Positions 1-8,248 of a DNA stretch of 64,000 nucleotides are shown here, one piece after another (within the stretch, counting starts at the first letter, position 1; each line of letters starts with the position of its first letter). The notes below the pieces were generated by a model. It was not told the origin of the DNA. It saw only the letters and a list, made by a program, of their open reading frames with translations, and ran no database searches. The DNA comes from a virus. The DNA is taken from the IMG/VR virus record IMGVR_UViG_3300042554_001073; one strand, given 5' to 3'. Both the position numbers and the translations under genes were made by a program.

Positions 1-360
1 TATGGTGATTATGATACTTTGTATAATGGAGTTCATCACTACGAAACAACAGAAGTAACTAATAGTCAAGGTGTGGTTATTATCCCAGCAGGTCTTCAAG
101 TCCAATCAGATTATACATTAACTTATTATGATTATTTTGCTGATAGTTTAGTAACTGTAAATGATGCTGTAATACCAGTCACTAATTACGAATACGAAGA
201 AGGTGTCGAAAACGATAAAAGAAATATTTTCATTCTTAAACAAGAATACTTGAATGTTGTTCAAGATGATATGGAAGAAATTATGACATATAGAAAAGGT
301 TCCACTCAATATAAGAGCGGAACCGTGAAGACTGGAGAAAATATTAGACTTTATGAGTGA
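1..360 (+). CDS. gp53: Baseplate wedge subunit gp53, 3' part (runs off window start)
   Basis: Frame open from base 1 (YGDYDTLYNGVHHYET...); HHYET motif and position convergent with gp32 are typical of cyanomyovirus gp53. Confidence 0.8.
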   Translation, partial: YGDYDTLYNGVHHYETTEVTNSQGVVIIPAGLQVQSDYTLTYYDYFADSLVTVNDAVIPVTNYEYEEGVENDKRNIFILKQEYLNVVQDDMEEIMTYRKGSTQYKSGTVKTGENIRLYE

Positions 361-1278
361 TCACTCTTCAGCAAGACGCTGGAAGTAAGAGAGAGCATCA
401 TCTTCATCTTCGTCATTAGAGGAAGCACTTACTTGGGGAAGTTCAGGTTCGGGACGACGTGAAGTAAAGTCGGGAGTATAACTACCACGATCATTATCTT
501 CATTATCAACCTCTTCATCCAGACGAGGACGAGGAGCATTCTTTTGACCCAGAACATACTTGAGACGCTTCTCAAGATCTTCATAAGACTTGAACTGGTC
601 AGGAGCAGTTACTGCTGCTAGAGAGTATTGCTTCTTCCACACTGCCTCCAGAGCATCATCATCATCCAGTAGAGGGGAGACACGATCAAACTCAGACTTA
701 TCATAGTTCCAGTAACCATCCTTTTTCACCAGTTTGAGTTTGAAGTTAGCACCTTGCCAGAAGTCAAAAGGATTGATAGGAGTTTCATCCTCAAACTCAG
801 GTTGCATTGCTTCCATAATCTTGTCGAAGATTTTCTTACCATACTTAAATAGGAAGACACGACCTTCATTAGCAGGATTCGCAGGATCCTTCACCACATA
901 GATGTTGGAGTAGTAAGACAGTTTACGCTTCTGCTTACGAACAGTTTCTTTATCTTTATCACTACCACTGTTCCACAGTTCGCGGTTGTGCTCGGACACA
1001 GGATCTTTCTGACCAAGAGTAGTCAGAGAGTTCTCGATGTACCAACCACCAGGACCTTGGAAGGCATGAGTATAGAGTTTTGCCCAGGGAAGTTCTTCAC
1101 CTTCAGGGGCAGGGAGGAAACGGATAACTGCGTAACCATTACCAGTCTTATCCATTTCGGGTTTCCAGAGACGCTCATCAGCGCCACCAGAAGTTGTGCT
1201 CATCTTCTCTACTTCCTTTACCAGTTTGGAAGTCAGTGAACCAAGAGAAGATTGTTTTTTAAGGTCAGCAAAAGACAT
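361..1278 (-). CDS. gp32: Single-stranded DNA-binding protein gp32
   Basis: MSFADLKKQS start, D.R.WKPEMDKTGNGYAVIRFLPAP, HAFQGPGGWYIENSLTT, acidic tail; ATG at 1278 preferred over the ORF-track start. Confidence 0.97.
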   Translation of the reverse strand: MSFADLKKQSSLGSLTSKLVKEVEKMSTTSGGADERLWKPEMDKTGNGYAVIRFLPAPEGEELPWAKLYTHAFQGPGGWYIENSLTTLGQKDPVSEHNRELWNSGSDKDKETVRKQKRKLSYYSNIYVVKDPANPANEGRVFLFKYGKKIFDKIMEAMQPEFEDETPINPFDFWQGANFKLKLVKKDGYWNYDKSEFDRVSPLLDDDDALEAVWKKQYSLAAVTAPDQFKSYEDLEKRLKYVLGQKNAPRPRLDEEVDNEDNDRGSYTPDFTSRRPEPELPQVSASSNDEDEDDALSYFQRLAEE

Positions 1279-1327
1279 TAGGATTACCTCGGATTGTACG
1301 GATTTGGCTTGTGTGTACTTCGTTATT

Positions 1328-1672
1328 CTACAGGTCGGAACCTGTTTTGTCAATCTGCTGCTTCATCACATCCAACATACTGGACATATTGTTGAAGATC
1401 ACATTCATATCGACATTTGATGGAAGACCCATCATCGAAGCAGACTCAGCAATGCGTTCTTTCATTTTAATCGCTTCTGGGTCATCAGATAGACTCAGGC
1501 GAGTATAAAGAACTTTTTGTTTGTCAAGAAGTTTTTCTAGAAGTTTAACATGCTCTAGTTTTTCTTCTCTTGTCATAGTGGGAAACTTAAAGACGTTTTT
1601 ATAAACATCTTCCTGCATTTCACCAATTTCAGTCATCTCTGCGCGGACAACTTCAGAACTGAAGAAACTCAT
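1328..1672 (-). CDS. Conserved cyanophage protein (DUF1825-like)
   Basis: FFSSEVVRAEM...LSLSDDPEA; usual gene between gp59 and gp32. Confidence 0.75.
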   Translation of the reverse strand: MSFFSSEVVRAEMTEIGEMQEDVYKNVFKFPTMTREEKLEHVKLLEKLLDKQKVLYTRLSLSDDPEAIKMKERIAESASMMGLPSNVDMNVIFNNMSSMLDVMKQQIDKTGSDL

Positions 1673-2265
1673 TTTTCTCCTAGAATAATTTCCTTTAATA
1701 GTTTGCGATAACGCTGTACATCAATATTTAGGAATGGACTATACTTTTTCAATTTTCGACTGACGGATTCCCACACTGGATCTTGAAGTTTCTTATCAAA
1801 ATCTTTCCCGAACAGGAATATCTTATCATAAATGACTAGTGTTTCGGGGCTAATTTTCCCGCTCAGGAATTTTTTAAGAATGGGTGGATGACCCTTTGAA
1901 CAATCAAAAATATCATCTACCTTCTGGTTTTCAAATAAACTTTGCGTTTCCTCCTTGAAAACATATGAAAGTGATTGATTTCTTTTCTTCCATTCTTCAT
2001 ATCTACCTTCACCTTCTCTCATCATTTCACCAATCCAAAGTTTATTGGGATCAGTACAGGTGATGAAGTTAGATACAAAGAACTCAACTATTTCTTGGTC
2101 AGTCTTTTGTCGTGAAACTTTCTCAAACCAAAAACGATCTTTACGTTTGTAGAAAGATTGTACAGTCGCACGACTCTTACCACAATACTTGTGATAATCA
2201 TAACTGTCTTTAGTAAAGTGATTTTTTAAAGACAGATAACAACGATAAGCATCAACAGGCATCAT
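1669..2265 (-). CDS. gp59: Helicase loader gp59
   Basis: Y..YLSLKNHFT...YDYHKY.GK..A...SFYKRKDRF.FEK; synteny. Confidence 0.9.
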   Translation of the reverse strand: MMPVDAYRCYLSLKNHFTKDSYDYHKYCGKSRATVQSFYKRKDRFWFEKVSRQKTDQEIVEFFVSNFITCTDPNKLWIGEMMREGEGRYEEWKKRNQSLSYVFKEETQSLFENQKVDDIFDCSKGHPPILKKFLSGKISPETLVIYDKIFLFGKDFDKKLQDPVWESVSRKLKKYSPFLNIDVQRYRKLLKEIILGEK

Positions 2266-2268
2266 TCA

Positions 2269-2526
2269 TCAAAGTGGTAATCTTGCTCTCGAACTCCTCT
2301 TGAGAAAGTTTAGTTCCATTGCTTCGTACTTAATCTTTTCCTTTAGAGGTTTCGAAATAAGTTTGGGAACAGATTCTACATCGATATTGTTTTGCTCACA
2401 GAAGTGAACGATAGCATCAATGTAGTTCATTTCTGGATTTGTTTGTACTAGAGATTCAATCTCTTGAGCAAATCGAGATGGGCAAAAGAATTTACTTTCT
2501 AGAACTTTTTCTAATTCATTCTCCAT
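2269..2526 (-). CDS. gp33: Late transcription coactivator gp33
   Basis: F..EIE..V....MNYIDAIVHFCE.N.ID.E.V.KLISKPLKEK...EA..LNFL. Confidence 0.9.
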   Translation of the reverse strand: MENELEKVLESKFFCPSRFAQEIESLVQTNPEMNYIDAIVHFCEQNNIDVESVPKLISKPLKEKIKYEAMELNFLKRSSRARLPL

Positions 2527-3196
2527 CTGACCTAATATTGTGATGTACAAATTCTTTAATGTAGCGAACTAATAGTTTAATATAGTCCCCTTTGTTTCTT
2601 TTGTCAAATACTTTGACTTCTCCTCCAGGAGTAACCATTAGGGTGATAAGTTTTTTAACTACTTTGCCAGTTAGTTCGTAATACGCAGCAGCATAAAATG
2701 TTTCTTGAACAAAATAGTTTTCAATCCACTCTTCGGGTTTAATCTTGTCTGATGTTTTAAAGTCAATGACTGCGAGTTCGCCGTCATATTCGGCAATACA
2801 ATCAACTCTACCAGCCAATCCAAGATATTCTGAATAGAGCGTTCTTTCGATTGCGTGTATGTTATTTATCTTATCAAGTTCTGGTTTAAGGTGATAGAAC
2901 ATAAACTTTGTCAGGGGTTGATAATCATCCCAGTTTAGTTCTTTGTTTTCCAGATAATCCTGACAGACTTGGTGAAAGTCAGTACCCCGCGCTGTTGCTC
3001 TCTTTGTGATACGATTTGCTTCTTCAAGACCAACACGCTCTCGCCACTTCACAAAGATTTGACGATTGTAGAATGAAGTTACAGACGTAATAGAAGGCAC
3101 CCAATCTCCACTTGGAAGTTCGTAGAGACGGATGCTTTCTGTTGTTTTACACTCTAATTCAATGTCACCTAAAAAATTATGATGAATAAAACTCAT
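2516..3196 (-). CDS. PD-(D/E)XK (RecB/Cas4-like) exonuclease
   Basis: PSITSV, RGT.FH, LAGRVDCIAEYDGELAVIDFKTS. Confidence 0.88.
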   Translation of the reverse strand: MSFIHHNFLGDIELECKTTESIRLYELPSGDWVPSITSVTSFYNRQIFVKWRERVGLEEANRITKRATARGTDFHQVCQDYLENKELNWDDYQPLTKFMFYHLKPELDKINNIHAIERTLYSEYLGLAGRVDCIAEYDGELAVIDFKTSDKIKPEEWIENYFVQETFYAAAYYELTGKVVKKLITLMVTPGGEVKVFDKRNKGDYIKLLVRYIKEFVHHNIRSDGE

Positions 3197-3948
3197 AAAC
3201 CAACTTCCATTTTCGCAAGGATGTATTCTTTCACCAATCCAGAGCGAACAATATCTTCAACTCCAAATTCAATAATATCAATTGAAGGCATGATACGAAG
3301 AACTTTCATGAAGTCTATGATTCCATTCTTTTCATTCGTCTTCAGAAGATCACTTTGAGTAGCATCACCACAGAACATAATCTTACTGTTCTCACCTACA
3401 CGAGTAATTATACTATCAAGTTCGTGATAATTCAAGTTTTGAAATTCATCAACAATAATAATAGCATTGTCAAGAGTTGTACCACGAATAAAAGACGTAC
3501 TCCAAAAACTGATTGTACCTTGAGTTTTGAGATTACCATAGAGCATTTCAAAGTCTGCTTCAGATGGTAACTCAAACATATACTTTACCATGTTCTTATA
3601 TGGAATCTGATAAAGAGAGGATTTATCCTCATGATCACCTGGAAGAAAACCAATCTCCCGAGTTGCCACAAGGGAACGTACAATATAAATTTTTTCGTAA
3701 GGAGTTTTTTCGTCAAGTACATCTCTTAAAGCATTATAAAGAGTGATAAAAGTTTTTCCAGTACCAGCACAACCATAAGCTACAAGGTTTTGATCTAGTT
3801 TATAGCAACGGAATAGTTCCTCTTGATTTTCAGTAAGAGGTTCTATAGTCCTCATCAAATCTGTATTGAGTGGTTTTTTCCTTTTCATTTGCTTATTGCT
3901 CATTCCAAAAGGAACAGGAGATTTTGGAGAATTTCTTTTTGCTGGCAT
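3193..3948 (-). CDS. phoH: PhoH-family ATPase
   Basis: GCAGTGKT Walker A, RGTTLDNAIIIVDEFQN, GDATQSDL, DIVRSGLV. Confidence 0.96.
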   Translation of the reverse strand: MPAKRNSPKSPVPFGMSNKQMKRKKPLNTDLMRTIEPLTENQEELFRCYKLDQNLVAYGCAGTGKTFITLYNALRDVLDEKTPYEKIYIVRSLVATREIGFLPGDHEDKSSLYQIPYKNMVKYMFELPSEADFEMLYGNLKTQGTISFWSTSFIRGTTLDNAIIIVDEFQNLNYHELDSIITRVGENSKIMFCGDATQSDLLKTNEKNGIIDFMKVLRIMPSIDIIEFGVEDIVRSGLVKEYILAKMEVGL

Positions 3949-3956
3949 GACTTAAA

Positions 3957-4205
3957 TTAAATTGGTTTAACATTAGATCCGGGAACTTTTGATACTCTAT
4001 GAAGAACATCATTCCATCCAGGTTTACTTTTAACTAACCTGTCGTAGATTTCTCCAACTTCTCCAGACCCAGGACAAGTGGAGGGATCACTCCAATCTCT
4101 ATCCCAATCTGGATTGTCCTCTTTCCACTGATCCCAATCATGAACACTTAAAGTAACTTCTTTTTGTTCGCCAGTTTGTTTATTAATAACAGGATACGTT
4201 GCCAA
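3957..4205 (-). CDS. Conserved cyanophage hypothetical protein
   Basis: MATYPVINKQTGEQKEV...W..ENPDW; late-promoter-like AATAAATA upstream. Confidence 0.75.
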   Translation of the reverse strand: MATYPVINKQTGEQKEVTLSVHDWDQWKEDNPDWDRDWSDPSTCPGSGEVGEIYDRLVKSKPGWNDVLHRVSKVPGSNVKPI

Positions 4206-4234
4206 ATTTAATCCTCCATTTTATATGTCAATAT

Positions 4235-4954
4235 TTATTCGATAGTGATAGAAGGGGGATCAATACATTCTGAACATCCTTCACGAGTCCAACCAAGTGC
4301 TTCAGATACCGCAGGGAACTGACAGGTAAAGATACAACGTACCAGTTCAGCAATCTCCATATGTTCCTTCTGTGTACCGTGTGCTGAACGCAAATCAATG
4401 TAGTGGATCCAAGAACGCACAGAGCCTGTCATATAGAGGCGTGTAGGGGTCGCTAGAGGCAGTACGAACCTGGCACACTCCTTTGCCACTCCAGCGTCTA
4501 GAAGGCGCTTGTAGATGCGTAAAGATTGCTCAAAATGAACACGAATGTCCTCACTCAAAACTAGGTTGAGATATGCGGGAATGTCATCAATACTATTCTG
4601 ACGATTCTTATCATCCTGACGACGAAGTTCAGGAAGAGGAATTGATTTACCAAGAAGAGTACTGTCAGCATAACGCTGCGAAAATTCTTGATATGTAAAA
4701 CTTCTATGGCGAAGAATCTGGGCTGCAATACCACGAGTAGTATTAATCTCTACAGTCATTGTTGCTTGCTCAAAGATGCTCCAGTGTTGATGCTGGATAC
4801 AATACTTTAGAAGTCCAGAGAACTTTTCATTCTCTTGATTAGCAGGATTACTTACCCGAGCACAATATGCCATGTGCTTCTCTGCATCGGGTGTAACACT
4901 GATGAGTTTTACTTCTGGTTTCATATACTCAAACTCATCAATCTGGGTATCCAT
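4235..4954 (-). CDS. thyX: Flavin-dependent thymidylate synthase
   Basis: HWSIFE, QILRHRSFTYQEFSQRY, KECARFVLP, SWIHY; start may be 4924. Confidence 0.96.
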   Translation of the reverse strand: MDTQIDEFEYMKPEVKLISVTPDAEKHMAYCARVSNPANQENEKFSGLLKYCIQHQHWSIFEQATMTVEINTTRGIAAQILRHRSFTYQEFSQRYADSTLLGKSIPLPELRRQDDKNRQNSIDDIPAYLNLVLSEDIRVHFEQSLRIYKRLLDAGVAKECARFVLPLATPTRLYMTGSVRSWIHYIDLRSAHGTQKEHMEIAELVRCIFTCQFPAVSEALGWTREGCSECIDPPSITIE

Positions 4955-5117
4955 CGTCATCTCCGTCATAAAATACTTCGTCGTAATCAGCAATGTGTCG
5001 TGAAATCTCTTCGTAGTTCATCTTATACGAATCTACATCAGAATAAACTTCTGACTTTAGACATTCTACCAGAGACTCAAGGTTTTTGACAATCAGCTTA
5101 AGCTTTTCTCTATCCAT
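4938..5117 (-). CDS. Conserved cyanophage hypothetical protein
   Basis: MDREKLKLIVKNLESLVECLKSEVYSD...; usual neighbour upstream of thyX. Confidence 0.7.
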   Translation of the reverse strand: MDREKLKLIVKNLESLVECLKSEVYSDVDSYKMNYEEISRHIADYDEVFYDGDDDGYPD

Positions 5118-5149
5118 CTTTATCAACCTCAACAAAGGTATTATACACA

Positions 5150-5178
5150 AAAAAAGAGGGGTCGTCAAGACCCCTCTG
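5150..5178 (-). terminator. Intrinsic terminator
   Basis: GAGGGGTC/GACCCCTC hairpin followed by a T-tract on the minus strand. Confidence 0.7.
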
Positions 5179-5320
5179 ATTTAAACATTTCTTCAAACCA
5201 TTCCACAAGATGAATGCGATAACAAGACCAATAACGACATCCACGATATGTTAAAAGATAACAAGCTGGACCTCTACTGTCCTTGTCAGCATCATCATAG
5301 TGATAATGGTAATTTTCCAT
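5165..5320 (-). CDS. 51-aa peptide with LTYRG motif (DUF4278-like)
   Basis: MENYHYHYDD...YLLTYRGCRYW...; TAATG overlap with upstream ORF; not in ORF track. Confidence 0.65.
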   Translation of the reverse strand: MENYHYHYDDADKDSRGPACYLLTYRGCRYWSCYRIHLVEWFEEMFKSEGS

Positions 5321-5406
5321 TACTTATTCAGCAATAGAACTTCAAAATAAATTAGATAAATGAATGCTGTTGATGCGCCCATAATAGCCGCAATCATAGC
5401 AATCAC
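5320..5406 (-). CDS. 28-aa hydrophobic peptide
   Basis: GTG start, MIAMIAAIMGASTAFIYLIYFEVLLLNK; GTGA and TAATG overlaps with neighbours. Confidence 0.55.
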   Translation of the reverse strand: MIAMIAAIMGASTAFIYLIYFEVLLLNK

Positions 5407-5501
5407 TTACCTGCTCCTGCGTTTGCAAGCAGTGCTTGATGACGACGTTGCTCTTTCTGCTTTTGCTCTTTAATGAGTTGAAGCACATTGAGTTTCTTCA
5501 T
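5403..5501 (-). CDS. 32-aa basic helical peptide
   Basis: MKKLNVLQLIKEQKQKEQRRHQALLANAGAGK; TGATG coupling to upstream ORF. Confidence 0.65.
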   Translation of the reverse strand: MKKLNVLQLIKEQKQKEQRRHQALLANAGAGK

Positions 5502-5638
5502 CACTTATGTCCCTCCTTTACAAAACGAACACCGCGATAGTTTTCGTTGTACTGTTGGGGTTGCTGTGCCATTTGCTGTTGATACTCCAGACGCTTCTGG
5601 GTATCATACTCGATGCCACGATATACTACTTTAGACAT
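5501..5638 (-). CDS. DUF4278-family peptide (45 aa)
   Basis: MSKVVYRGIEYD...NYRGVRF, two YRG motifs; strong RBS AAGGAG; downstream of glnA-type RNA. Confidence 0.85.
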   Translation of the reverse strand: MSKVVYRGIEYDTQKRLEYQQQMAQQPQQYNENYRGVRFVKEGHK

Positions 5639-5671
5639 TAGGTTTTCTCCTTAGTTTTTTAGGTTAAAGAG

Positions 5672-5765
5672 CGTTCCTTCAGTCGGCTTTTGCGTTCGCT
5701 ATTTGCGAATAGCGAATGAACGATCCGTTCCGAGTCGGCTTACTTCCGTCCCATAGGGATGAACG
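5672..5765 (-). ncRNA. Tandem glnA-type (glutamine) riboswitch
   Basis: Two units (5726-5765, 5672-5722), each CGTTC...GAACG P1 plus a P2 hairpin; CGGAAGTA and GAAGGAACG segments as in the cyanobacterial glnA motif; 5' of a DUF4278 gene. Confidence 0.8.
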
Positions 5766-5772
5766 TGAGGTC

Positions 5773-5825
5773 ATTATAGACCTATTCATCCTATATAGCA
5801 ATTTTCTTTTGTAATTTGTGATACA
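5773..5825 (-). promoter_or_regulatory. NtcA-type box (5810-5825) and TATAAT -10 (5773-5778)
   Basis: TGTA-ATTTGTGA-TACA matches GTA-N8-TAC exactly. Confidence 0.65.
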
Positions 5826-5838
5826 ATTTTATACAATC

Positions 5839-6042
5839 TTAATCTTTGTTCTTCCTATCGTACTGATGCCACTTACACCATCCATCAGGTGATATCTTAC
5901 CACTCACTGCTGTACAAGCATTTGGTGGTCTCCACATATTACAATTGGAGCACTTTTCGTTACCTTTTGGTTCGTTAATATAACCCGCAGTCTTCTTTGA
6001 AGACTTTTCTTCTTCGGATAAAAAATCTTTAAAACTTTTCAT
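5839..6042 (-). CDS. HiPIP-like high-potential [4Fe-4S] protein (67 aa)
   Basis: Y21, C31-x2-C34, C43, GWC56 pattern (KCSNC...CTAVSGKISPDGWCKW); N-terminus MKSFKDFLSEE. Confidence 0.8.
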   Translation of the reverse strand: MKSFKDFLSEEEKSSKKTAGYINEPKGNEKCSNCNMWRPPNACTAVSGKISPDGWCKWHQYDRKNKD

Positions 6043-6359
6043 CAGTCTCTTTGTCTCCAATCTTCTGGTTTATCTCCAGTGAAGAAATCAATAATATCAT
6101 CAGCACCATTAAACCCTGTTCTATGATTTGAGGGATCGGGATCTCCCAAGTCAAGAGCATTCATAAATCCATCTAGACTATCTTCAGTCATATCAGGATT
6201 AGCAGCACGGCGTCTTGCTTGTCTTAAAATAGTAGCAGCAGAGCGATTGGACTTTGCCAACTTCTCTGCCCATATCATATCACTTAACTCTACGGATTCG
6301 CCTTTTACAATACGCTCACAGATTGCTTCAAGGCGCAAACGATATTGAGTAGAGAGCAT
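6042..6359 (-). CDS. Conserved cyanophage hypothetical protein
   Basis: MLSTQYRLRLEAICERIVKGESVELSDMIWAEKLAK...W.QRD; GATAAATA late-type promoter upstream. Confidence 0.75.
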   Translation of the reverse strand: MLSTQYRLRLEAICERIVKGESVELSDMIWAEKLAKSNRSAATILRQARRRAANPDMTEDSLDGFMNALDLGDPDPSNHRTGFNGADDIIDFFTGDKPEDWRQRD

Positions 6360-6386
6360 AGTCTTCTCCAGATATAGTGTATTTAT

Positions 6387-6713
6387 CTAACGCTCAATGT
6401 AACTGAGTGTGTGTTCTGTAGCATAAAGTTGTTGAATGATGATATCACAACCAATCTTAGGGTTACAATCACCACAAGTATAAACGTCTACAGCAGCCTT
6501 ACCTTCCTCAGGCCAAGTGTGAATACTAATGTGACTTTCTGAAAGCAAACAGACTACAGTAACTCCTTGTGGTTCAAACTTCTTTGAGATGGTTTGAACC
6601 ACAGTAGCACCACTAGCAACTGCTGCATTCTCTAGTAGGTCCACAAGACAACGCTCGTCGTCCAAAAGGACAAACGAGCATCCATACAGATTAAGAAGAT
6701 AATGCTTTCCCAT
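6387..6713 (-). CDS. speD: S-adenosylmethionine decarboxylase proenzyme
   Basis: G.HY, F.PQGVT...LSESHISIHTWPE.G.AAVDVYTCG (pyruvoyl ESH site). Confidence 0.95.
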   Translation of the reverse strand: MGKHYLLNLYGCSFVLLDDERCLVDLLENAAVASGATVVQTISKKFEPQGVTVVCLLSESHISIHTWPEEGKAAVDVYTCGDCNPKIGCDIIIQQLYATEHTLSYIER

Positions 6714-6931
6714 TATTCAATTGCTTCGGGGTCTATCCCATATTCGTTGAGTAGTTTATCTATCTTTGTTTGTTGACCCGAAAGTTTTTCAATTTCAAAA
6801 ATAGATGATTTTTGATACTTTTTAATTTTTTTATATTCTTTGATCAATTTATTAACTTCTCTATTTTTAATATAAAGACGAAACTCTTTATCGTCAGCGG
6901 ATTTAGCAAAACCCTTAAAACCTTCACTCAT
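6713..6931 (-). CDS. Hypothetical protein
   Basis: 72-aa ORF abutting neighbours. Confidence 0.65.
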   Translation of the reverse strand: MSEGFKGFAKSADDKEFRLYIKNREVNKLIKEYKKIKKYQKSSIFEIEKLSGQQTKIDKLLNEYGIDPEAIE

Positions 6932-7236
6932 CTCTTTTTCTTTTTCTCAGGTTGTTTATATCCCCAAAGTTTAGGGTTCACTCTACCATATCCAAAATCA
7001 ATTTTTTGAACTGCTCCTGGACCATACTTATCATAATACATGTCAAATAGATTTACTCTTTTTGTACATCGAGTCAAATCAATATGAGTTTCACCATCGG
7101 CAATATACCAAATTAAGTATGCGTCACTTGGAAATGAAGAATCTTTTGCTTTAGTGAGAGTTGTTTTTTCTAGAAGAATTTCACATCCATATTCATGTGG
7201 CAGAACAAGTTTTTGATTTTCTGAGTATTCTGCCAT
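6928..7236 (-). CDS. Conserved cyanophage hypothetical protein
   Basis: FPSDAYLIWY...HIDL.R...V.LFDMYYDKYG...KIDFGYG.VNPKLWG. Confidence 0.7.
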   Translation of the reverse strand: MAEYSENQKLVLPHEYGCEILLEKTTLTKAKDSSFPSDAYLIWYIADGETHIDLTRCTKRVNLFDMYYDKYGPGAVQKIDFGYGRVNPKLWGYKQPEKKKKR

Positions 7237-7262
7237 TTTTACATCTTCTCCAACAACTACTG

Positions 7263-7844
7263 TCATGAGCGACCACCCCACTGAATGTCGGGATATGCCT
7301 CTTTAACATTTTCCAAACTTATTTTGTATTTATTGTTCAAAATTTTATCTTTTGTAAGAATTAATACTTCTGCTTCTCTTGGATGTAAACCTTGAAGTAA
7401 ATTAATGAACATCATCTCACGACGAATCGTGCTCAGCGTATTATTTCCACCTTTAACATAATGATATAGATTTTGATACTCTCTGCGAAGAGAAGTGCGA
7501 CCCCTACCATTTAAGTCTTGTCCTGTCGCAGACTCCCCACCAGCAGCCTCTTTTGCTAGATTCTCTGATAAAGTTCCAGAGTAAACAGATTGCTCATCAG
7601 CACTTGCATAAGGAACATCTCCCTCAGGAAGAAGACTGATAACGGTGTCATCAAAGTTCCAAATAAAAATGGTCTTCAGAGAATCATGCTCATAAGTTTT
7701 TAGAACTTCAACTTTCTTAGCGTTGCTTCTTTGTTTAGAAGCAAGTTCTAAAATTTCAAAAACAAAAGGATTTGTAGGAAGAGTTTCGATTGGTTTTTCA
7801 GTCGTCGTCTTCTTCGTCTTCGTCGTAGTCGTAGTCATTTTCAA
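7263..7844 (-). CDS. Conserved cyanophage hypothetical protein
   Basis: LP.NPFVFEIL...WNFD...SLLPEG.VPY, RRE.MFI.LL.GLHP.EA. Confidence 0.75.
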   Translation of the reverse strand: MKMTTTTTKTKKTTTEKPIETLPTNPFVFEILELASKQRSNAKKVEVLKTYEHDSLKTIFIWNFDDTVISLLPEGDVPYASADEQSVYSGTLSENLAKEAAGGESATGQDLNGRGRTSLRREYQNLYHYVKGGNNTLSTIRREMMFINLLQGLHPREAEVLILTKDKILNNKYKISLENVKEAYPDIQWGGRS

Positions 7845-8022
7845 ATCTCACTGCTAAAATTTCGTCTGGTATTACATTCCCATTAACATCAAACATCTCT
7901 GGGTGTGTATAAACTGGTTGAGTTTGGTAGAAGTGTTCTTTTGCCAACCATCCTACTACTCCTCCTACAAAAAAGAACATGATTGAGACCAATGTTCCTA
8001 TGGTTAGAGTTACTGCTAGCAT
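7798..8022 (-). CDS. Small membrane protein
   Basis: N-terminal hydrophobic helix, HPEMFD.NGN..PDEI.A.RFEN, acidic tail. Confidence 0.7.
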   Translation of the reverse strand: MLAVTLTIGTLVSIMFFFVGGVVGWLAKEHFYQTQPVYTHPEMFDVNGNVIPDEILAVRFENDYDYDEDEEDDD

Positions 8023-8041
8023 TTGTCTTCTCCAGAGAGTT

Positions 8042-8248
8042 TTATTTTTTCCTTATGTCGAAGTGAAAGTCGATAAAGAAATGGAACTCTCTGCGGAAGA
8101 GAGAGATCATTTTACCAAACTTCACTTGAAAAGTTTTTGGTTTTTCTGATCTTCTCCTCCTATTGCGTAGTAATAACTCAACACCCCTGTTGATTTGGGG
8201 TTCTGATTTATTTAGTTTGCTTTTTGCGTCGCCCTGGTCTTTTGTCAT
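8042..8248 (-). CDS. Hypothetical basic protein
   Basis: INRGVELLLRNRRR...PKTFQVKFGKM.SLFRREFHF. Confidence 0.65.
   Translation of the reverse strand: MTKDQGDAKSKLNKSEPQINRGVELLLRNRRRRSEKPKTFQVKFGKMISLFRREFHFFIDFHFDIRKK

Noticed and set aside
2516-3196. Cas4-like nuclease as part of a CRISPR system
   Set aside because: It is the usual core exonuclease next to phoH; no cas1/cas2 and no repeat-spacer array were found.
7798-7844. 47-nt dual-coding overlap (DYDYDEDEEDDD / TTTTTKTKKTTT) as a frameshift
   Set aside because: Both genes have their own start and stop and there is no slippery site or structure; ordinary overlap of low-complexity ends.
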